49,362 bases of DNA from Phoronis australis. Its lineage: Eukaryota > Animalia > Phoronida. Positions 1-13,576 of this stretch are shown here, one piece after another. Every line of letters starts with the position of its first letter. Within the stretch, counting starts at the first letter, position 1. Location: the NCBI GenBank assembly GCA_002633005.1, contig NMRA01000413.1, forward strand, positions 1 through 49,362. Direction: 5' to 3'. The notes under the pieces are model-generated. The model ran no database searches. It saw only the letters and a list, made by a program, of their open reading frames with translations, and had not been told where the DNA came from. Both the position numbers and the translations under genes were made by a program.

Positions 1-223
1 CCGGCCTCCTTTCGGCGGGGCCCCTATATTAATATAGGGGGCCCCGCTCTCCGGCCACCTTTCGGCGGGGCCCCCTATATGAATATAGGGGGCCCCGCTC
101 TCCGGCCTCCTTTCAGCGAGGCCCCCTATATTAATATAGGGGGCCTCGCTTTTGAGGTCCGAAATTCAATTTTTTGCCTATGTCATTTTAATAAGAATAA
201 GTCATTTTAAATAATAAGCTGTT
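1..223. repeat. End of an interspersed element with ~50-bp tandem palindromic subterminal units (copy 1, truncated by window edge)
   Basis: Units CCGGCCTCCTTTCGGCGGGGCCCCTATATTAATATAGGGGGCCCCGCTCT followed by a ~80-bp AT-rich terminus ending ...AATAATAAGCTGTT; same sequence at 46692-46869 and inverted at 30691-30897. Confidence 0.85.
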
Positions 224-849
224 AGACGCTCTTATAAAAGTGGTAAGTAGCATCAAGTCCCTCATTAATGTTCATTAACACGTCAGATCAATTTTAAGAC
301 ATGCCAGTATGCAGTTGCTTAAAGAGAAATTCTGGCCATGGACGGGCGATTTTAACTCTCAAGACGTTATGGAATCCGTGTCTCAGATATTGAAGTCTAA
401 GTCCGCTAGGTCTTCCAATGTCAGTCAAGTACAAGGAGTTCCAAGTTAACAAGCCAAAGATTCATAGTCCTAATTTGGCAGCTTAAAAGGCATTGCTCGA
501 GCAGAGATAGGTAAAAGAAGAGGAGCTTCATTATCAACAGCTGTAGTGTGAACAAAAGTTGAAACAAAAACAGATACAATGTGAACATCAATTGAAAAAG
601 ACATCAGGCGAGTTCTCCACTGAACGAGAAACTTGCAAAGGCTAAAGCTCATGAGGGCATTTTAAACGAAGCGGTTTAGTCTTCGCTTTCGATACTGTCA
701 ATGTCGGCGAAGCAGCCTTCGGTGACTTCTTCCGTGTCTAACGATCACGTTCCAGTTGTAAAGCATGTGACGGCACTACATCTTACGTCCAGCCAAGTAG
801 TCCGGCCAACAGAACTTACGCATGTACACAATGCACGGTAACAGCCACG

Positions 850-1240
850 TGACGTGTTGATTCGACATGTCTATGAGCGTTTAGTGCACGCTAGCCGAAG
901 CCAAGTTCTGTCTTCGCTTAGGGAGAAATTTTAGGTTGTTGACGCTAACTCTGCTGTTCACAGCGCTTTAAACAGAAGCGCTGTGCGCCAACCTCTTCGT
1001 GCTCTGCTTTGTGAAGAGAAGTTGTCCGATCTGCCAGAGGAGCGAACTGCAGCACAGCCTCCGTTTGCGTACGCGGGTACGACATATTTGAACCGTTTCA
1101 TTTGAAAGAGGGTCGAACTGCTCACAGGCGCTATGGTGTAATCGTTACCTGTTCTGATTTTGAGATTGTGAACAACCTCGAGGCTGACAGTTTCATTAAC
1201 GCCTTGCGTAGATTTTTCGCTCGTCGGGTCCTGTCAGCAC
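850..1240 (+). mobile_element. Degraded BEL/Pao LTR-retrotransposon integrase fragment
   Basis: Manual translation LIRHVYERLVHASRSQVLSSLREKF*VVDANSAV...EEKLSDLPEERTAAQPPFAY, frameshift, KEGRTAHRRYGVIVTC...LEADSFINALRRFFARR resembles the BEL/Pao zinc-binding and core integrase pattern; contains a stop and a frameshift. Confidence 0.8.
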
Positions 1241-1597
1241 CATTATTTCTGGTAATGGAAAGAATTTTGCGGAGAATGGAATTTCTACCCACGCTTCAAA
1301 AGCGCATCAAGCAACATAGTCCTAAACGAAACATCGAGGTTTGTCAAGAAATACATGGCACATGGGACGAGTCGTGAACGTCTTCAAAGATGCAAAGGGA
1401 TTTTTTCTAAGCTGCTATGTGAAAGCTAGTGCTTATATCAGTCAATAAATTTGTTCTGCTTGCTTCTAATGGTACTTTCTGAATATTTCCAATCTTGTCA
1501 AACATGCGGTTATTGTGTTGCATACCACATTTTCAGCCTGACATGGCCGACAAAACCGCTAAACAACCCAATGAACGCCAGTTGAATAACATTTTCG

Positions 1598-1672
1598 CAG
1601 AAAACCGAAGTTGATTTCGAACCTGTCTTGCAAAAGTTACGAGTCGTCGACTTATCCAATGCGCCACCGCGC
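1598..1672 (-). mobile_element. tRNA-derived SINE-like head (decayed)
   Basis: Minus strand GCGCGGTGGCGCATTGGATAAG...CAGGTTCGAAATC has Pol III A-box (TGGCGCATTGG) and B-box (GGTTCGAA) like motifs; no intact cloverleaf. Confidence 0.45.
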
Positions 1673-3158
1673 ATGAGACGACTTCAACCGTGCAAATAGA
1701 TTATTTATGTGAGGACGCGCAATAATTGAAAGTTCTACAAAACACGTTCTACTGGCATTTATACGTTATGAAATATATGACGCACAATTTTAATATTTAA
1801 TATTTAATTCATAAAGAATTATCTGTCATTTTCTTTCAATTGTAAATTATCGATCCCCATGCAATTTGAATACCGGTAACTTGTGGTCGAGATCCATTGA
1901 CTTGGACATCATACTCAGTAACCACTGGTAACCTACTTCGGCAGACCATACATGTATATTCACGGTGGAAGCTTAGCATAATAAGATGTGTAGTAATTTA
2001 AACTTGTTGCTTAAACCTCAGTTTATTCATTCATTGTTCTTCTTTTATGGTGGAGAAACTTCTAGCGTACATACACACAATCATTTTACGGGATTCGGTT
2101 GGACTAGTGGTGACGTCGGCGTAAGTGCTCGTGTTACTTTGTATAATGTTGTTTATTTACAGCCGTTAGTTTTCCCCTGTTCTGCGAGTGTATTTAACGT
2201 TTTGAATGCTTGCTATTCTATGCCCTTTGCCCGTCGCCATTTTCTCGGGCGTTTTTCATGAAAAATGGATTATTATTTACATGATATTGCACAGTGTATC
2301 GTGTAATTTTGCTCACTCTTTCTTTTAGATACTTTTCAGGGTACCTCATATTCTGCAGCCTGGTTTCTTTGCTTCAACATATTCCATATCAAAATCATAG
2401 AGATAGTTGTTTTAGAATTTCAACAGAACACCTAGCAACACTATGAAATTAAAATAGCAGGGGTCTCAAAAGAATCTCGTCTATAACTAAATTTTACGAT
2501 GATCGATTGATCAGTTTGACAGAATCCATTGTTGATCTCAAACATTGCAATTGCACGTTTGTAGTGGCATTTGTCGGAAAGTTAAGGGCTTTCGTATTAT
2601 CTCAAATGTTGAAATGGTGAAAAGGTGGCACCTGGTGCAGCCAAGGCACAGGTTGAAGAGAAATCCTTCTGTACATGCAAATTTAATGGTTTTTCATCGC
2701 GGTCTCGTGAAAAGGGGGAAACAAGAAAAGCAATAAAGGAACTGCCTCGTAAATGGAACAGCGACTGCCCACGTTGATTGTCTAACACACCTGAGAGCCA
2801 AAAAGATGGAGCCAGAGGGTGCAGCACTAAACTTTTTTTCCAACAGCGATGTTTTATCAGTGGCGTAGTGGAGCGTAGGCGAACGTAGGCGCAGCCAACC
2901 ACCTTTTAGCATTTGAACGTAGCCCCCACTCCACGTAAGTTACGTTCAGTGATCAAGGTGATACGGTGGGATTTGGGCGCCTACTTACCTCTAAACTTAC
3001 CAACACCTATGAAACTATTTCAAATGCTTTCATTAATCGATACTCTACTTCCGAACCTAGAAGTATCCCTAGGATATAAAGCTTTTACCAGATGCTCCTT
3101 AAGGCAAACTAATGCGTTTTAATCTTTCACAGATGCATATCTGCTTTAAAAACACTTG

Positions 3159-4213
3159 CTGCCGATTTCATAAAGGAGGCTTAAACTAGACTTAGAGCAG
3201 GTTTAAAAATAATATGCATTTCATAAAGGTGGTTTAACTTTTAGACCAGTGGTCTAGTAAAACCTGGTTTAACTTTATTTTATACCTGGTCTAAGTCAGT
3301 TTTCATTTCACCAACGAGGTCTATATTCTTTAGACCTGTACTAAGATCTCAAACCATGTTTAACTTTAGTCTTGGTGAGACGAAGGGTTTACTGTTAAAT
3401 TTGTCAGGCTTGCATGATATAAGTACAACTGTATGATGCCGCGGAATGCATTTGCGACGCACTTTTAGAGCGAAAAGGACTATTTTCAATATTCAGTTTT
3501 ACTATGGCCCGAGATCAAACGTAGCAGGGGCGGATCCAGGATTTTTAAAGGGGGGCGGCCAAGGACTTTTTGAAAGGGGGGCCAAATCAACAATATGATA
3601 ATTGTAGATTTGATATCCCTAAAATTAAAGGAAAAGGGTGACTCCTGACCCCTTGACCCCCGCCTATGTGTATATCAGTACTTGCTGGAATGTCTCCTGC
3701 GGTTTCTCAGAATACGACTGGTCAAGCAGGGCGTCATCGTCGTTAGCGCTACGGATTTGACTTAAGAGGGCATCTTTTGATTCTTCTGACTTAGTTCCAC
3801 CTCCACTGTTCTCCGATATAATATTGCCAGGAAGGGGTCTTGCCCCCCTTTGGCCGCGGAAAAGAAACACTAAAATGACAATGAAACAGATTTGGGCATT
3901 TAACATGGTACATCTAATCGTAAATATCTGCACTGATTCCACTAGCGTATACCATTGTATACCCACGTGATCAAAGTTTCATTGAAGCACTTTAATAGTT
4001 TCTTTGTTGGGTTTACCGAGCTCGACAGAGTGGGGTGCCTTTGATACTTTAAACCTGGTTTTACTGAACCAGCTCTCTGGTCTAGCAAAACAAGGCTTTC
4101 AGACTTTCCATGTTGGTGAAATGCTAGGCAGGTTTAAAATTAGACCAGGTTTAGTTAGACCAGGTTCAAGTCTTAAACCTGGTTTTGTTAAACCACCCTT
4201 ATGAAATCGGTTT
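3159..4213. mobile_element. Non-autonomous PIF/Harbinger-like DNA transposon in FN3 intron
   Basis: Inverted ends CCGATTTCATAAAGG / CCCTTATGAAATCGG with subterminal AAACCTGGT/AGACCAGG repeats; TTG on both flanks (3156-3158, 4214-4216); paralogous introns at ~17405 and ~24645 show the empty site AACACTTGGTGTT. Confidence 0.8.
3526..3668. mobile_element. Short CAGGGGCGGATCCAG-type MITE nested in the Harbinger-like element
   Basis: Starts CAGGGGCGGATCCAGG, ends GACCCCGCCTATG (imperfect inverted ends). Confidence 0.55.
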
Positions 4214-4254
4214 TTGGTGTTTAGAGCCATCAACATGTAGCAACAAACTCTCAC

Positions 4255-4503
4255 TCGTTTTAGCTGTCTTCGATGTTGAAACTGCGTCATCCCATCCATT
4301 CCTAATTGTTTTTAATTTAACTGAATATTCAGTTCCAGGAGTCAAGCCAGTGCAACGTGTGTTGGTAGCAGCCTTGTCAGCACTGAAAGGACGGGTGCCG
4401 CAGTAGACTTTGTACCTGTCTTTATTTCCAGCCGCAGCAGTCCATATGACATTGATTGCGGTTTCACTTCCAGTCAGATTTGTAATGCTAGCTGGAGCCA
4501 GTT
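4255..4503 (-). CDS. FN3 domain exon, type A (cassette 1), of a large multi-FN3 protein; missed by the ORF track
   Basis: Acceptor ...TACATTTGCAG, donor GTGAGA; 249 nt, phase 1-1; LAPASITNLTGSETAINVIWTAAAGNKDRYKVYCGTRPFSADKAATNTRCTGLTPGTEYSVKLKTIRNGWDDAVSTSKTAKT carries FN3 W...Y...LxPGTxY signature. Confidence 0.9.
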
Positions 4504-5760
4504 CTGCAAATGTAGAGACGTGAGCGAAAATTGTAAAGGAACACCACTCACAGCATTGGTTTGCGACTACAGTGTGCCATTAGATACCAAAACATTAAAC
4601 ATGATCTTTTTATTTTTTTCCAAAAGAAAAAGCAGTAGTACTAATGTTAAAGTAGCCACTGGGGGACGCAAAAAGTCGCCTACAACTGACTTTTACGAAG
4701 TTGGATTAATCAGTTTTACAGATTACCCTGTTGATGTCAGATTTTGTAATTGCATGTCAGTGGTGGCATTTTTTGAAAGTTAAGGGTTGTCGTATTGTTT
4801 TGCTTGTACTTCATTGCATACATAACACAGTCTTTAGTACAATTTCATGTAATGTTTACAATTTCCATGAAGTAATTGTATCATTTACTGTGTTATTTAT
4901 AAAGTGAAATAAAACTTGAAAAGTAAAATCCAATAAAGAATGCAGCACACTTCCCGTAGCCAGCAGTTAATGCTCTGTTGTCATATCGCTGGCACGGCAA
5001 TAGTCATGTGAGAGACATGGATTACAGAAGAAACTTATTTTTGTATCTGCAAGTGTATTTCTATGGAAGAAATGTAGAAGGACATTCTTCGAAAATACTC
5101 CAGCAACCGAGAGTGCTCTTTAGAATTTGCAAGACAACAAACAGAGACTTCACTTGTAGACTGTTCAAACACTTCCAGGTTCTTTGAGTTTTCAACTAAA
5201 GGAACCAATATAATTTTGAATCCAAAATACATGTAGTACACTCCTCACCAGAATGGCAAACAAGAGTAGTTGTGGTTGATTTTTACTACGCGTTAGTCAC
5301 GTTAAACGCAACAAAAATCACTTGTAAATTTGACAAAGTTAACATTCATCATGCTCCGATGTCAATGAATTGAAACCTGTGATTAATATACCGAAAACGA
5401 AAGTTGGCCAAAAGATGGCGTTTAAAAGGCAGGAGCCTAGCAAACTATGGTTAACTGCCGCGAGGAGTATTCTAATTTCCCGTTCTTGTGATTTTTAGCC
5501 ATTCAGAACCTGCGGGCATGTAAGTGTTCATCGCAAGCATAGCGGTCGGGACTGAAACTGCAGACTGCTAAATATGGTATGGTGCAGTAAATGTAATTTT
5601 TATGATTGTAAGGGTGTACAATTAGAGAAAATCGTCATTTTGAAATTCACTTTAGATGGATTCTTGTAGCATGTGTCCCGATAGTGCCTTGAGTAACAGA
5701 AAGCGAATTTGGGGTGCACTTAGTTTATGTAGGGAAGCGTATATCTCATTTAACACTCAC

Positions 5761-6012
5761 TTGTTTTAGCTCTCGTCTTAGGGGAGGACCTGTCATTCCA
5801 CCCTTTCTTGATAGTATATACTGAGATATCGTAATCGGTTCCCGGAGTCAAACCAGTGCAAAGCTCATTGGTTTCAGTTGCGTCATCTACATTGAAACTT
5901 CTTCTACCGCAGAAAACTTTGTAGCCGTGTTTATCTCCAGGTGCTTCGGACCAACTGACATCAATTGTTGTCGTATTTTCAACCACTTGGATATTAGCAG
6001 CTTTTCCTAGAA
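5761..6012 (-). CDS. FN3 domain exon, type B (cassette 1)
   Basis: Acceptor ...TACCCTTCCAG, donor GTGAGT; 252 nt, phase 1-1; LGKAANIQVVENTTTIDVSWSEAPGDKHGYKVFCG...CTGLTPGTDYDISVYTIKKGWNDRSSPKTRAKT. Confidence 0.9.
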
Positions 6013-7189
6013 CTGGAAGGGTAGATACATAAACAAGAATATAAACAACATACTTCCGCTTCCAGTATAAGCCCATGTTGACGTGATTTTGACTACCTAT
6101 CTTATATTTACCAAAACATGAATTCAAGAAATGCCGGACGTACATAGAATGCATCACGTGCCGCAATTGCTCCGTCATAGCATTGTAGGTATTAGTCCGA
6201 GAAGGTACAGAAAGTGTAATTTTCAAACACTACTAATAATATTCATGGACGACAAACTTTACATTGGCATTGCGTTGCGGTAATCGTTTTTTGTAAAAAT
6301 ATGAAGGAAAGTAACTCTTCATCAGTTTTCACATGCATCGGGGTTTTTGTCAAAGGCATTTCATGAACTGCAGGTGATACGGTTTGGTCTCAATTAAGAG
6401 ATAAAAAATCATGAAGTGGACACCAGTTAGAATATAGACAAATAATATGGTGGCTGTTATGCTGAGATTACTGCAATACTCGGATTCAGCGACATCAAAA
6501 TTCTTCTCCGCTATTGACGTCTAGAGAAGGACGATCTGAGTCATGGTGAATGTAAACATCATAAAGCTTTCTTCCTGAGATGTGGTACCAACAATATTAT
6601 CAAAGCAAAAGTGATTTTCTTAATGTAGCATCATTGATGTAAGTTTCACCAGAATGACCAGGCACAGGCCCCAAGATACTCCGATACGGAATATCACTTC
6701 TTCCTTTATGCTGGTTACATACAGCAAAGCTCAGATGGTCCTTCTATATACGTCAATAACTTTCAGTGACCTTGGTGTCGTTTCCAAGGCTACATAAGCA
6801 TTATGATCACATTGAGTGAGAACACATGAAAATGAGTTTTTTGTTTTTCTTTTAGGAAGGATGGAAGAAAAAACGAAACCAAACACTTGACAATTGACAA
6901 TTTTTTCAAACAATTACTTTTTAAAAATGAATTTCAACCAATTTCTCTTTCTTTTCCCTTTATTTGTACACATGACCATCGGCCCAAAGTACAACAAACA
7001 AGCAAACACGATCACTGGAGTGTTATGCACACTGGTCCATAGTACAAAAGCTGTTCCGTTTTACGATGCGAAGTATACATGTGCCACAACTGGGATATCG
7101 GGGTTGTATAATAGTCTATGAAATTTAAACAACGAGGGACTTGTCCAGAGGCTCTCACTTATAAACTTCACTCTGAATTTGGAAAAAGC

Positions 7190-7692
7190 GCCTCAATCTA
7201 ACAAAAAGTGATATTAATCATCGTTTTAATTCCTCGAGAATTAAGTACACACTCTGTCTTAATGTATCAGATTTACGTGAAGACAAGTTTCTACTGCCAG
7301 TCTGTGGTTTGCACATCGAAAACGTGTAAAACTTTTCACGAAAACTCCTCGAAGATTTTTAATGTCTAAATAGTTTTCATGTTTAACTACAAACTTAATG
7401 TTTTTGTAATAGCTTAACTTAGAACTGGAATCAACATCGGACTGCCATGATTGCAAAGCACAGACCTTAACCTGTTACGAGAAAATAATTTATTATTTAC
7501 AAACGACCCATGACACGCGACTCCTTGGTTTACCCAAACATCATAGAAACCAAACATTGACAATAAATGTCGGACTGAGCTTACCCAATTATACATATGT
7601 CTACCATTTTCACCTAGTGTGTACAACATGTTGTAAGGGGCCCTTGGATAACGTTCCCGTGGCATATACCGAATGTTAGGGAATATGTACAA
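7190..7692 (-). mobile_element. Non-LTR retrotransposon (LINE, probably CR1/L2 group) ORF2 3' end remnant
   Basis: Frameshifted NWVSSVRHLLSMFGFYDVWVNQGV / SSSKLSYYKNIK..KHENYLD..FTRFRCANHRLAVET, then YHFLLD; typical of the C-terminal region after LINE RT. Confidence 0.8.
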
Positions 7693-8199
7693 AAGATAAG
7701 ACTTAAAGCCCTCGTATAACAGGTAAACTGACTTTAAGGCAGGGTCAAAGCACCTATTGATGTTTCTTAATTTCTAGAAGATAACATGGGCGGCGTAGCA
7801 CCGAAAAAAGAGGGGCTAAAGCCCCCTCAGCCCACTGTGTTCACCGCCTAGAGACCACGTGTGGCGTAGCATTAAAAAACGTGAGTGCTATTTCCCCCAG
7901 CCCTCTATTGTGCGCCTCCCATAAATACTTACATTCATGAGCCAAATTCGTTTTTAATTTATTTTTTGCCAAAACTTCGCACAGGTCCGTGTCTGTAATT
8001 GGGAAAAAACTTGAGATAGCGCTATTCAGTTAACCGGATGTGTGACGTCAAGTTACGTTTAGCCTATGTTACCTCCCAGTACCGAGTTCGTATGTAACTC
8101 ACACGCGTAATGTGCGTTGTCGGTGATGTTTACATTCGACAAAGAGTGACTGTAGAGCAGGCAAAGCCATTAAAATTGATTTGATATCTTTATAGCCAT

Positions 8200-11100
8200 C
8201 GTTTTATTTCACCAAAATTGAGTCCACCAGCAAGAGAGCGGTTCACTATCGACGTTTTTAGCGGAAGATCAGGGAACTATCTAGCGGGCGGGGTAAACAA
8301 AAGATTTTCACACGGTTGCCGTATCACAGTCTCAAAATCAACTGCGTAGTCATATTTTACTATATTTCTCTCTACAGTTTGCTAAAACAAACACAAAGAG
8401 GGTGTGGGTTGCTCATCAAAGCGCACGAACAAATTTTATTTTTTGTTTTTCCAATCTAATATTAAATTTTACAAAAATAGGACTTCTAAAAAATAAAATT
8501 TTCCGTCCTTATTCCAAAAATAACCTTATTTTCATATACAAATAACATTCACACCCCTTGGTAAGGACTATCCCAAGTAAGCATAGCCAGGAAATTTGGT
8601 CACTTGCCGGGGTCCTTGTCGTCCATTTTGCGTGGTGTGAATTTTGACTCAAGTTCCAAAACAAACATCCAGTGGAGTACAAAAATGCAGATGAAGTCCG
8701 CGCAGAGATTTGGAATTTGGATTCTAATTCTTTCTGGACCTTTAAATGTGAGGTTTGTTTGATAGATTAAATTTTAACATGTGTTATTTTTTAAACGTTG
8801 ATGTCCTAAGCACGGCAACGATTTTACGTGACTATAGACTGGGATTTCTGAACCTTTGCCATCATGCAAAGGTAAATTTTCCCACTTCAGGACTTAGGAC
8901 ATTGAAAGTGGCCGATCCAAAAGCAAAACAGCCGTCTTCGTCCGCCCTACCTAAATTCACGTTCCCCATTAAGTATCAGTCCACGGATCCACCGACCATA
9001 GTACAGCCAAAAAGCGGCAAGGGGGGTCAGGCATTCAGAACCACGTTCAGTCTAATAAATCACAATAGAGATGAGAGAAATTTGGTAGTTTAGGAGATAC
9101 AAGGGAAGTCTTCTGGAGGGGGGGGGGGGCAAAAAAAGGCAATTTCTTGATGCAGAATGAGTCATTTTGACAGCATTTTCTACAGCAGTTTCTGCTTCAT
9201 ACAGAATCTTTTCAGAATAAATTTGATATCTCATGAGAAATTTAAGCAAAAACGGAGCACGTCATTCATGCAAAAGTGGTTACATCGTGATTTCTTATAA
9301 CTTGGGCCTAATTGCTTAACCATACTTTATTTCAAGTGCCAGGAAGTATATGCAGTTTGTGTATACATTGACATAGAAAATAGGTAGTTATAACTTTTCA
9401 TAATAACCATGAAATTTTTACATGACTTTTGCCCATTACCTACATTTAGGGACTAGAGAGTATGTTATATCCGCCATTGAATTTCTGTGATTGAATATGG
9501 AGTTAGTTAAAATTGCCAAATCGTCAAAATGTGTGCATTTGTTAAAAAATACACTGATATTAAGTTGTGATTTTTCAACTAGTGAAGCTTACAAAGTTGG
9601 TTAAGCTAAAAAATAGAACGGAACACAAAAAAGTGGTGATATATGCCTAATGCGCACTTCACAGTTTTGATCAATCACTCATCGGTGAGGCAAGTCGCAC
9701 ATCAAAATCCACCCTCCCAATATTGGAATAAAAAGACACGAATTTTAACATGACCCATACGTCCCCCAAATTATCCCTTTTACTTGAGGCCCTGAAGGAC
9801 CAATTGGTCTGATAACCACGTAAAGGATCCCGGTGTTGTTTCTTGCCTGCTGAAGTTGCAGTAGAGTTATAAATTCCTGTTTACCTCCTATAATTGCTAA
9901 AAAGCGGTGTATTTCTGAATTTTAGGGTAAACTAACAAAACTAAGCAGTGACTGTTGTGAGGGTTCCACAATATCTATTGAGGATATTGAACACATGGTT
10001 TCCTTATCATACATGTGCATGAAAGATAGTGTATGTGATGTACGCAATAGATTACAAAAACACAATTACACAAGTCAGATGTTTGTTTGGAAATCCGTCA
10101 TGTTGAAATAGTTAACCTTTATGGTCATCATGAAGGTGGGCTCGTGTGAAGTGCAGAATGGTATTGCGCAACTTTTGGGGTCATATCAGCTGCCGTCTAC
10201 TGTTCTGTGTTATAAACAACCAGGATGGTGTGAACTAGGGTGGGGAGATCTTGTACGGTTGTATTGGGAACGTTAGATGCTTTTTCTAGAAATTGCTCAG
10301 CAAACACATATTATACAGTGGCTGCTACCCAAGCAAATTAGAGGAACCACCTCTATTAAGGCACTGTTGTTTTTATTTGGTTGTTCCCTATAGCCTATGA
10401 CTGTGAACATGCAACAAAGGCATTTCCAATAAACAGACTGAATGTGACTACGAATTTTCAGGAATATGCAGAAGCCGCCAGATGAAGCAGGCTGACAATG
10501 GAATTTCGGAGTGGGTCATAAGAAAGCGAATAAGATTTGGAGCCCATGGATACTACAGTAAGTACTTGTAAAAATCTGTAACAAATTTCGTAATTGCCTA
10601 AAATCGGTCAATTGTTTCACGTTTCAATGATATGAAGAGAAATGTAATGCACAACTCGTGCATTCCACAATGAACGCTGGCACATAGGTAGCGCGGCTAA
10701 ATTAAATAGGTCTCAATATTTTCTACATGTAATATGCCATACTTCTGTTTTATACATTTGACCTACTGTCAGGTACATAGAAATTCATTTGGTATTTTTT
10801 ATAATCAAATCTGACTGATTAATTCGTGATGCCTTCACTTAAGCTTGGCATTCATGTTTTCTGAGCCGAAATGACCACATTAAATTTAATATGTTTATGC
10901 AACTTTAGGAAACAGAAAAGGCTTATGCTGAAGAAGTGCCTTCTGCTGAGGGTGGAAACCTGCTGATTATTAGTAAAGGTTGGGTTTCAAATGTTCAAAA
11001 CCACGAAGAAGTTACCTTTCTGGACAACTGAGTGAGGGGTCTAGAGTGAGGCCGAAAACTCTACTCCCAGAAGATGTGGGGAGCGAGTCGGGTAAAGTAT

Positions 11101-13576
11101 TTGCCAAAGATTGCTGGCTTGTACCACTATAGGTCCAAAGTAATTTGTTGAGATAGGCCACTCTCAGCAACTGTGGGGAAACTGGGATAGTTGGATATAG
11201 AAGGTATAACAGAGGAAGTGGAGTATGCATTGGAAAGAGACAATCTGAACTTTAAGATTTTCAATGATGTAGCATTGTAAGAATTCAAAGGGATGAAAGA
11301 GTGCAGTGGCTGGACCTGTAAACACACTGGCGGATCTGCTAAATCCAGTGGTGGTAATATTATGTCAGCACAGCTGTGTTGGGAAGTAGGCTTGTGTACT
11401 GTTTCAAGCATTGTTTGGACCTGATCTGCTGTGTGGGCAGAACAAACCTAAATATACCTGTATTGATTTTTTGCCCAGGCACCGATCATGATCCTGGGCC
11501 AGTGGATTATGTTGGTACAGCCACATGGTAATGGTTCCATTATTCTGTTTGTTTAGCCACTGGATTTTTTGGTCTGATAGGATTTTTCAGTGTGGCCAAC
11601 ACATTTAGACGTATGTTTCGTGATTTCTGACCAATGTACTGTTTCTTTTCCTTTAAATTATGAAATTGATCAGCAGTTTTGTTTCCGCATTTTATTTACC
11701 CTTATAGAATTGTGTTTATAAATGAGTACGTATTACTGACATTCGAGCCCCTGTTGCAGTTAGGCTGGTTGTAAGCCTACATTCCTTCCAGGAGGTAAAG
11801 TTTTGATTCAGACCATTTACATCTATAAACTTTTCTCAGTATGTTCCTTATGCAGATGGGAAGTGATTTCTGGAATTGGAGCAAATTGACAGTTAGCTAT
11901 TCCTCGGGACCAAGCTGTGTGCATAAAATCACACACTGTTAGACAAGCCATCTGATAGAGCCTGGTCTCTAGCAAGTGCATATTGCCAGTTTTTTCGAAA
12001 TTCTGAAATTGCTCAGAAGTGAATGGGAAGTAATACCTATTTCATGATGGAAGTTGTCTAAATCAAAAGTAGTTTTATGTGATATGAGGCGGGTTTATGT
12101 CCACTTCAAATGATTTTTTGTTGCGGTATTGAAAGTGTTGACACATTAGCCCTAGTAACTCCTTGGTTTTTGGTGTATTAACCATTTTATGGTTCCCATG
12201 AGTAATTTTGTACCTGGTCTAGTACTTATGTACAACTGTAATCACAGGGCAATTGTATTGCATGCCATGTTGCAAAAGTATTTTCCATGACTATTTCATT
12301 GCTAAAATGCTGTATAATTGGAACCGACAAGCCAGTTTTTTATTCTCTGGTGGTTAATTGTGATAAGAATATTGATGTGGTACCTACAGCTACCTCAATT
12401 TGTGAAGAAGGAGAAATTTACAGTGTTGCCAGCCACATTGCGAAATCCCTTTCTCGCAGTGAGATTACATCACCTTAAATGTAATTCCCTGACTTTATGG
12501 GTTTTATGTAGTTGACTCTGTCCTCTAGCAATTGGAGTGCTGAAAAGATGTAGAAGGCATAATCTATTAGAGGCATAACATTTGCACTTTTGACTGTACA
12601 GGTATCTTTGTATTGTATTATGAAAACATATTTTGTAGTATACAAATCTCTGGTTGGTGCTTCATATATTTTCACAAGGAATATTTTCAACATAGATGTG
12701 TTGCCTGTGAGGTAAACAACTTTCAAATGAGATAAGAAATTGTCAAACATGGTTTTACTTTTTAGATGTTTGACTGGTTTTGAAAAAACAGTGCAGAATT
12801 TGATGTTTACTCTTCATTTAAGAGAATAAATCTATAAACTTAATTGTCTAGTAATTTTACTCAAAGTATGTATTACAGGATTGGGAATTGATATCTTAAT
12901 AAAAATGGAGCAGTGTATGGTATCTAGGGTTACTATAGTCCTCGATGATAAGTGGTAAAACATTCAGAAGGAACAAACTCATTGCAAAATATCGGTAAAC
13001 ATTAAGGACAATCCGATTTGACGTGCTCACTCAACGGTTTATCAGTTATTTCAAAATTTCTTATTTTAGTACAGTTGAGATGCCAAAACGTTTAACTAAT
13101 AAACTGGCTGACAACGTTTTTTATTTATACAATGAAATTAACATGATTTGTCAACAAACTTCATTCTCATAACAGTGGGGCAGATTTGGTATAGCAATGT
13201 TTTGAACATAACCTCAAAATGGCATAACGGGGGACAGTGTAGTAAAACTACTAAATTAGGGTGGTCAGTTGGATTTTTTCAAGACATCTGTGTAACAATC
13301 TACAGGCACCTCTTAACAATGCCAAGTGTATAATAGTTCAATAGCTTTCATCCAAGGAAAAGTACAAATAGTTGAAATTTAACAGTTTTTACACCGTGAA
13401 AACAAGGCGGCGAAGCCGTAAAATTTGTTAGAGCCTATAACTTTAGTAGAACGTATTATTTTGGGAAAATATTTCACCAATGTTTATAGATCTCATAGGA
13501 CTACCTATGTGTCAAGTTTGGTGAAAATCGGCTGACCCCCACCTTGGCACTGGGTGGCTAGTGCTCTCGTGGACAA
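8200..13576. mobile_element. Large block of decayed DNA-transposon-like sequence (possible Academ-like ends)
   Basis: Absent from the paralogous FN3 cassettes; ends ...GGTAAGGACTA (8570) and ...GTGCTCTCGTGGACAA (13576) resemble Academ TAGTCC-type termini; no intact ORF. Boundaries approximate. Confidence 0.35.

Noticed and set aside
1-150. Palindromic repeats as a CRISPR array or rho-independent terminators
   Set aside because: No unique spacers, no cas genes, eukaryotic intronic context
1598-1672. Functional tRNA gene
   Set aside because: Only A/B boxes; acceptor and anticodon stems do not pair
11540-11650. QYIGQKSRNIRL...NPVAK on minus strand, reminiscent of a GIY-YIG (Penelope) endonuclease
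   Set aside because: Short, no upstream GIY-like motif in frame, flanked by stops; cannot support without a search
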